The notes beneath the pieces were generated by a model, which searched no databases, was not told where the DNA came from, and saw only the letters and a list, made by a program, of their open reading frames with translations. The position numbers and the translations under genes are program-made. This document shows, one piece after another, positions 59,281 through 64,000 of a DNA stretch of 64,000 bases. The stretch is from Chromatiales bacterium. Its GTDB lineage: Bacteria; Pseudomonadota; Gammaproteobacteria; UBA6429; Thiohalophilaceae. The stretch covers positions 13,445 through 77,444 of the forward strand of contig JALTJZ010000059.1 of assembly GCA_027076325.1 (NCBI GenBank), read 5' to 3'. Positions within the stretch are counted from its first letter, which is position 1; every line of letters starts with the position of its first letter.

Positions 59281-59458
59281 TTTTCAGGCTGTCATCAGTC
59301 CAGTTAAAAAAGCGTAACTTATTCCATAAACGATCTATCTGCTCGAGTTTATCCGGCAAACTATCAATATAGCGACGTTGAATATCCGTTAAGCGCTGCG
59401 TAAACACATCCATTGTTGCTGCTGATTGCACCGGATTATCTGAATCATGTGTCGCCAT
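59246..59458 (-). pseudogene. out-of-frame N-terminal fragment of the HPt domain belonging to the downstream ORF
   Basis: MATHDSDNPV...RRYIDSLPDKLEQIDRLWNKLRFFNWTDDSLK reads like HPt helices 1-2; removing one A from the A5 run (59280-59284) joins it in frame to MLFTMVHTLAGNG. Confidence 0.7.
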
Positions 59459-59550
59459 TGCTATACCAAAATTAACGTTACACCTTATATAATAGTTATC
59501 ATGTCTATAAAAAAACACTTAAATATTAACTATTTGTTTTTACAGTAATT

Positions 59551-60393
59551 TTAGTATCTGTAGCGCAGTGCTGCCACTCCATAGTTCAATTTGTCACTCA
59601 ATTCCGGCCGAACTTCACCGCCTTCAAGTGTAAGCTCAATATTTTTAGACAGGTCAAAACGCAGGCTTAAGGTGAGAGTTTCACTGTGGCTTTTGTCGAT
59701 AGCGATAAGCGCCTGAGAATAAGATACCGCTATGCGCCTTGGCAGCCATTTTTTGTCACTGCCAGGAATAAAAGCCACTTCGGCCTGATCACGTTTTTCG
59801 ATAAAGCTGCCACTGAGTAATAGTGAGGTATTACTAAAAAATAAATCTGCCAACCGGGTGTTAAGTAGTGCCAGATTTTTATTATAGCTATAATTACTGC
59901 GAGCATAAAAAAATTCAAACATGTCAAAACCAAAATACTCAATACTACTGTAAAAACCGCTGCCATCAATATCTACCTGACGACGTGCATTTTTGGTATA
60001 AAGCACAATTTGTTGTAATTCAGGACGCATCATAAATTTCCAGTCTTCGGTATATAAAGACAGGCTTAAATGAAAGGTTTCTGTACTGATTTCATTGCTA
60101 TTGCCCCAATAGCTGTAACCAAAATCATAATCAATTTGCTCATTGCCAATGCCGCTTAGGCCAATATTATAACTCGTGACGGTGATTTCACCGCTATTAT
60201 CCTTGATAACCGATTCACCGCCACCCAGATAAAGCTGTATTTGCTCATTTGCATCAAAACTGATATCAATCAAATTACTTTGGGTGTTATTGGAGTCAGT
60301 TGAGTAGCTCAATCCTATCTCGCTAGCCTGCGCAGTAAATGTCTTCAAAAATACTATAAACACTAATGCTAAATAAACTACTGGGTATTTCAA
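59551..60393 (-). CDS. predicted outer-membrane beta-barrel protein (hypothetical)
   Basis: 280-aa ORF with TTG start; signal peptide ...FLKTFTAQA; alternating amphipathic strands; C-terminal ALRYRY aromatic terminus typical of OMPs. Confidence 0.7.
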   Translation of the reverse strand: MKYPVVYLALVFIVFLKTFTAQASEIGLSYSTDSNNTQSNLIDISFDANEQIQLYLGGGESVIKDNSGEITVTSYNIGLSGIGNEQIDYDFGYSYWGNSNEISTETFHLSLSLYTEDWKFMMRPELQQIVLYTKNARRQVDIDGSGFYSSIEYFGFDMFEFFYARSNYSYNKNLALLNTRLADLFFSNTSLLLSGSFIEKRDQAEVAFIPGSDKKWLPRRIAVSYSQALIAIDKSHSETLTLSLRFDLSKNIELTLEGGEVRPELSDKLNYGVAALRYRY

Positions 60394-60402
60394 GATGTAT
60401 TA

Positions 60403-60438
60403 CTCCTATACGTTAATACCGTTATTAACGTATAGGAG
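60403..60438 (-). promoter_or_regulatory. perfect 16-bp inverted repeat (4-nt loop) whose 3-prime arm contains the OMP gene Shine-Dalgarno
   Basis: ctcctatacgttaata (60403-60418), ccgt, tattaacgtataggag (60423-60438); on the minus strand the stem ends in AGGAG, 9 nt before the TTG start at 60393. Confidence 0.85.
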
Positions 60439-60459
60439 CGGATTTGGTTGACAGAAAAA

Positions 60460-61074
60460 TCAGTGCTTTGTATTTTTATTTCGCTGCGATGCTCGAAAAT
60501 TAACAATATTGTTTGAATGAGTTTGTTGTTGTAATATTTTTAAGGCCTGCTGACTTTGTGTATCTTGCCAGGTTTGTAGTGCCAATAAAGGATCTAATGG
60601 GTAGGTGGCTGGTGAGCTCGTGTTTTGCGATACATTCAATTGGTGAATGGCCAGCAAAGTATCCATTAAAGTAACAAACTTAGCGCTTACTTCAATAAAA
60701 ATCTCTGCCCATGCATGCTCGCCACTGGCAAGATCCCGATAAGCACTGCGGCCAATATCCACATAATAACTAACTCGCACATGGCGCTGCCGGGCATACT
60801 GGGGAAAAAGTCCGGCGTACAGTAAACATTGATCTGCCAGCTCTCGCAGCTGTGTATCTCGCAACTGGCCTTGCTCATGTTGTGCCAGCATATAGTCAAT
60901 AGCAAAAATACGGGCAGCAATTTCCGGGCGCTGTGTATAATGTATCAGGGTATGCACTAAGTAACTTTCAAGTGGTATATCCAGTTGAATACCGTTTGCA
61001 GATTGCGCATCGGCAATCAGCTCATGCCATTGGGCTGTAATACCCGTTTGCTGATTTATAGACATAAAATACAC
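60460..61074 (-). CDS. hypothetical 204-aa soluble protein
   Basis: ORF with ATG start (alternative ATG at codon 4); no TM segments and no recognised motif; first gene of the unknown-OMP-HPt/REC string. Confidence 0.65.
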   Translation of the reverse strand: MYFMSINQQTGITAQWHELIADAQSANGIQLDIPLESYLVHTLIHYTQRPEIAARIFAIDYMLAQHEQGQLRDTQLRELADQCLLYAGLFPQYARQRHVRVSYYVDIGRSAYRDLASGEHAWAEIFIEVSAKFVTLMDTLLAIHQLNVSQNTSSPATYPLDPLLALQTWQDTQSQQALKILQQQTHSNNIVNFRASQRNKNTKH

Positions 61075-61185
61075 CTTTATTCACATGCTTATTATATTAA
61101 GCGGCCAAAAGCACATAGACTTGAATAAATTATTGACTAAAATGAAGTAAAAGGGAAATTTAAAGCTCACTCCAGGCAAATATAA

Positions 61186-62046
61186 TTGACATTTAATATT
61201 CTTAAGGCAACCACCCTAACCTTTGCTTTATTACTCATTTGTGCGCAAAGCAGCGCTAAAATATATAAATGGGTTGACTCGGATGGGCAAACACATTTTA
61301 GCCAGGAAAAGCCTGCACATTTAAAAATAAAATCAACAAATAATAAAAAAATAAATACAGCATCACTAAAATCTTTCTTATATCCCTTTGGCTCTGCTGC
61401 CATATTAAAAGAAAGTAAAAAAGCCTATTGTAATAAAAAAGCCGCCCTCAGATTATTACAAAATAAAATTACGATGAAAAAACGGGAATTAAGGAAATAT
61501 AAAAAGAAATACGCTATACGGGAGTCAAATTATCAACCAGAAAACCGCATCTATCGACAAAAACGATTACTGGAGCAAGAAATTAGCCTGGATAAGTCCA
61601 GGCTAACAAAAAAATCAGATAAAGAACGGTTTCTTTCGGCTATGAGAAAAAAGTGCCTTGCTTTGGAAAAAAGCAAAATAATCAATAAAGAAATCTATGA
61701 TATTGGGCACTCAGGATATAAACGCGTATTCAAAAAAGAAGATAGAAAATATATAGGCTATATTGGCATCGGTATATCAAAATACTATTCCCGCCAGCAT
61801 GCAAGAAATAAATGGAATGCATGGAACAGAAAAACGAACCAGAAAAAATATACACGTGTAGAAAAAGAATATTTGAATGGTTTTAATGTTCTATTGATGG
61901 ATGACAATGCATCTTTTGCAGTAGGTTTTATTTTGCTTAACGATATGTTAATTGAAATACAGTTTGGTAGTGATCGTTTTGTTGAGTTTAAGCAACTACA
62001 GTATTTTTTAAAGCGCTATACTCGTTGGTTAGCTGCCAGGCTTTAA
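61186..62046 (+). CDS. DUF4124-like secreted, very lysine-rich protein (hypothetical)
   Basis: 286-aa ORF with TTG start; signal-like LTFALLLICAQSSA followed by a DUF4124-type KIYKWVDSDGQTHFSQ; strongly AT-rich coding sequence. Confidence 0.6.
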   Translation: MTFNILKATTLTFALLLICAQSSAKIYKWVDSDGQTHFSQEKPAHLKIKSTNNKKINTASLKSFLYPFGSAAILKESKKAYCNKKAALRLLQNKITMKKRELRKYKKKYAIRESNYQPENRIYRQKRLLEQEISLDKSRLTKKSDKERFLSAMRKKCLALEKSKIINKEIYDIGHSGYKRVFKKEDRKYIGYIGIGISKYYSRQHARNKWNAWNRKTNQKKYTRVEKEYLNGFNVLLMDDNASFAVGFILLNDMLIEIQFGSDRFVEFKQLQYFLKRYTRWLAARL

Positions 62047-62101
62047 AGGCTTAGATAACCAATAAGCTATTAACCTGCACAAACACAAAGGAGCAGGTGT
62101 A

Positions 62102-62728
62102 ATGGAAAATGTTGTTTTTATTCATGGCTTGTGGATGCTGGGCATTGATATGGCACTTTTGCGTCATCGTACCAGGCAATGTGGTTTTAAGGTTCACCAG
62201 TTTAGTTATTCTACGGTTAGAAACACCCCGGCAGAAAGCGCGACTCAACTTCAGGCCTATATACAGCAGTTTAACCCTGAGCAACCATTGCACTTCGTTG
62301 CGCATAGTTTAGGTGGCCTGATTGTGCGCCATTTGTTTCATCTTTATCCTCAACAACGTTACGGCAATGTGCTAACTTTAGGTACGCCACATGAAGGCAG
62401 CGCAGTGGCTGAATATCTTGTTCAATTCGCATGGGGTCGCTTTATACTTGGAAAAAGTGTACAACAGGGCTTGTTGGGGGGTGTACCCGAATGGCGGGCA
62501 AACAATCCATTAGGTGTGATTGCTGGCGCAGGACGAATGGGACTTGGACGGTTACTTACCCAGTTTAAGGGGGAAAATGATGGCACGGTTGCAGTATCTG
62601 AAACAATATTAAACGGGGCAACTGAGCACACCATTGCACCCTGTTCACACATGGGATTAATTTACAACAAGGCGGTTGCTGAACAGGTTTGTGTATTTCT
62701 TAAGCTGGGACATTTTTCACATCCGTAA
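62102..62728 (+). CDS. alpha/beta-hydrolase (lipase/esterase-like)
   Basis: 208-aa ORF; VVFIHGLWM; nucleophile elbow AHSLGG; ENDGTV and SHMG fit the Asp/His positions. Confidence 0.85.
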   Translation: MENVVFIHGLWMLGIDMALLRHRTRQCGFKVHQFSYSTVRNTPAESATQLQAYIQQFNPEQPLHFVAHSLGGLIVRHLFHLYPQQRYGNVLTLGTPHEGSAVAEYLVQFAWGRFILGKSVQQGLLGGVPEWRANNPLGVIAGAGRMGLGRLLTQFKGENDGTVAVSETILNGATEHTIAPCSHMGLIYNKAVAEQVCVFLKLGHFSHP

Positions 62729-62776
62729 CGATTTTTTATTTACTGCCAATGCCTCATATTTTATAAATAAACCTGT

Positions 62777-63997
62777 TTAAAGTTTTTCTTCTTTTGCAAT
62801 ACGCGAGACTTTCCAGGGATTCCATTTGTCGTAGTAGGATGCGCCATGAATAAATTCCATAATATACGCATAGGTTCGAACCGTTCTTAAAAATAGACCC
62901 GTATAAATTGGGATTAACGGTAGGAAAAAGGCCAACGCATAATCTTTGCGGCGCAGAGATGAATGCAATAAAACACAAGCCATTATAAATTCAACAACAT
63001 TGGCAAGAAAATACAATATAAAGTTAATAAGAAAAATGTAACCTAATAAGGATGGATTGATAATGACCATTTGTACCACATAGATCCACCACTTTGCATC
63101 GAGCACCAAATTAAAAAATATATTTTCGGCCGAGGCTAAAAAATTAGTCAAACTGAAATTAGCGGATGGCATGAGAATGTCACGATGCTTGCGAACACGG
63201 AAACGGATCATGGATCGATCCCAACGGAAACGCTGCTTAGCCAGTATCCGGAATTTTTCCGGCACATTGGTGTAGCAAATAGCCATGGGTTCATGCACGA
63301 CACGAAATCCAAGTTTGCGTATCTTTAACGTAATATCACCATCTAGACCGGGGCCCACATCCCAGCCATGTAAACGTTCAAGTACATCACGGCGGAAGGC
63401 ACCATGAGCACCTGCAATAATGCGTAAAATACCCATTTCAGATGAGACGGTTCGCCCGGTTGATATCGATTTAAGGTATTCAATTGCCTGCAAGCGAGTA
63501 ACAATATCTTTTTCAGCATTGGCAACACGTACGTCACCCCCTACCGCACCAATATTATTGTCCATATAAAAAGGCAATAGTATGGTTTCAATAGAATCAA
63601 GTGCTAAATGTGAATCCGCATCAAGATGAACAATGTATTTTCCTTTTGAATAACGAAAGGCCGTATTAGCAGCAGACGCTTTACCACCACGTATTTCATT
63701 ACGAATAAAACAGTCTATTTTCCCCTGTTTTTCCAGCTCACGGCAAATAACCGCGGTGTCATCATCTGAGCCGTCGTCAACTATCACTAGCTCAAAATTT
63801 TTATAGGTTTGTTTGCTAAGAGAATCCGCTAGCTTGGGAATATGTTTGCCTTCATTTTTACCGGGCACAATAACCGAAACAAGCGGGCGCTCTTTATAAA
63901 GCAGATTACGTGCTTGCTGATATTTGTGGCGATGAAGAATACGGCGTGGTACGTAGAAAATGATAACGATAAAATCAAGAAACACATAACGTGTCAT
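62777..63997 (-). CDS. processive family 2 glycosyltransferase (NodC/HasA/PgaC-like polysaccharide synthase); 5-prime end may lie beyond the window
   Basis: 406-aa ORF; VIVPGKNEG, VDDGSDDDT, LDADS, GAHGAFRR, QRFRWDRS (QxxRW); C-terminal TM cluster; the ORF start is 3 nt from the window edge. Confidence 0.88.
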   Translation of the reverse strand: MTRYVFLDFIVIIFYVPRRILHRHKYQQARNLLYKERPLVSVIVPGKNEGKHIPKLADSLSKQTYKNFELVIVDDGSDDDTAVICRELEKQGKIDCFIRNEIRGGKASAANTAFRYSKGKYIVHLDADSHLALDSIETILLPFYMDNNIGAVGGDVRVANAEKDIVTRLQAIEYLKSISTGRTVSSEMGILRIIAGAHGAFRRDVLERLHGWDVGPGLDGDITLKIRKLGFRVVHEPMAICYTNVPEKFRILAKQRFRWDRSMIRFRVRKHRDILMPSANFSLTNFLASAENIFFNLVLDAKWWIYVVQMVIINPSLLGYIFLINFILYFLANVVEFIMACVLLHSSLRRKDYALAFFLPLIPIYTGLFLRTVRTYAYIMEFIHGASYYDKWNPWKVSRIAKEEKL

Positions 63998-64000
63998 GTC

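Overview
This window looks like a mostly core chromosomal segment of a moderately AT-rich, Gammaproteobacteria-like organism. That assignment rests only on gene content and synteny. I recognised no rRNA, tRNA, CRISPR array, transposase, integrase or phage gene.

Backbone genes, in order:
- a possible hemD tail, then hemX-hemY
- a divergent SulP/LysR pair, ubiB and hemF
- the conserved tsaC-topA-smg-dprA-LysM block facing def-fmt-rsmB, followed by DUF4390-ntrY-ntrX
- trkA-trkH and an lpxL-like acyltransferase
- glnA-DUF4124-ntrB-ntrC, with a recognisable sigma-54 promoter and NtrC-type sites
- a CDF transporter followed by tusA

Accessory material:
1. A block wedged between ntrX and trkA: a lipoprotein, a YeeE/YedE sulfur transporter, a secreted tandem rhodanese and an orphan B12-binding radical SAM enzyme.
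2. A three-gene operon: a GT2::DUF218 fusion, an MpaB/DUF2236 oxygenase-like protein and a PDC-like protein. I rate this the best candidate for an undescribed system, under a polyprenyl carrier-lipid processing hypothesis.
3. A signalling-rich right-hand third:
   - an MCP and a GAF-GGDEF-EAL protein
   - a frameshifted HPt-REC-REC-GGDEF(degenerate)-EAL gene, preceded by an unknown protein and a predicted beta-barrel OMP whose Shine-Dalgarno is buried in a perfect 16-bp hairpin
   - a PP-loop ATPase and a YbjQ-YbjQ-M48 triad
   - a processive GT2 at the window edge

All functional calls come from motif recognition in the supplied translations and manual reading of intergenic DNA. None has been verified by a database search.
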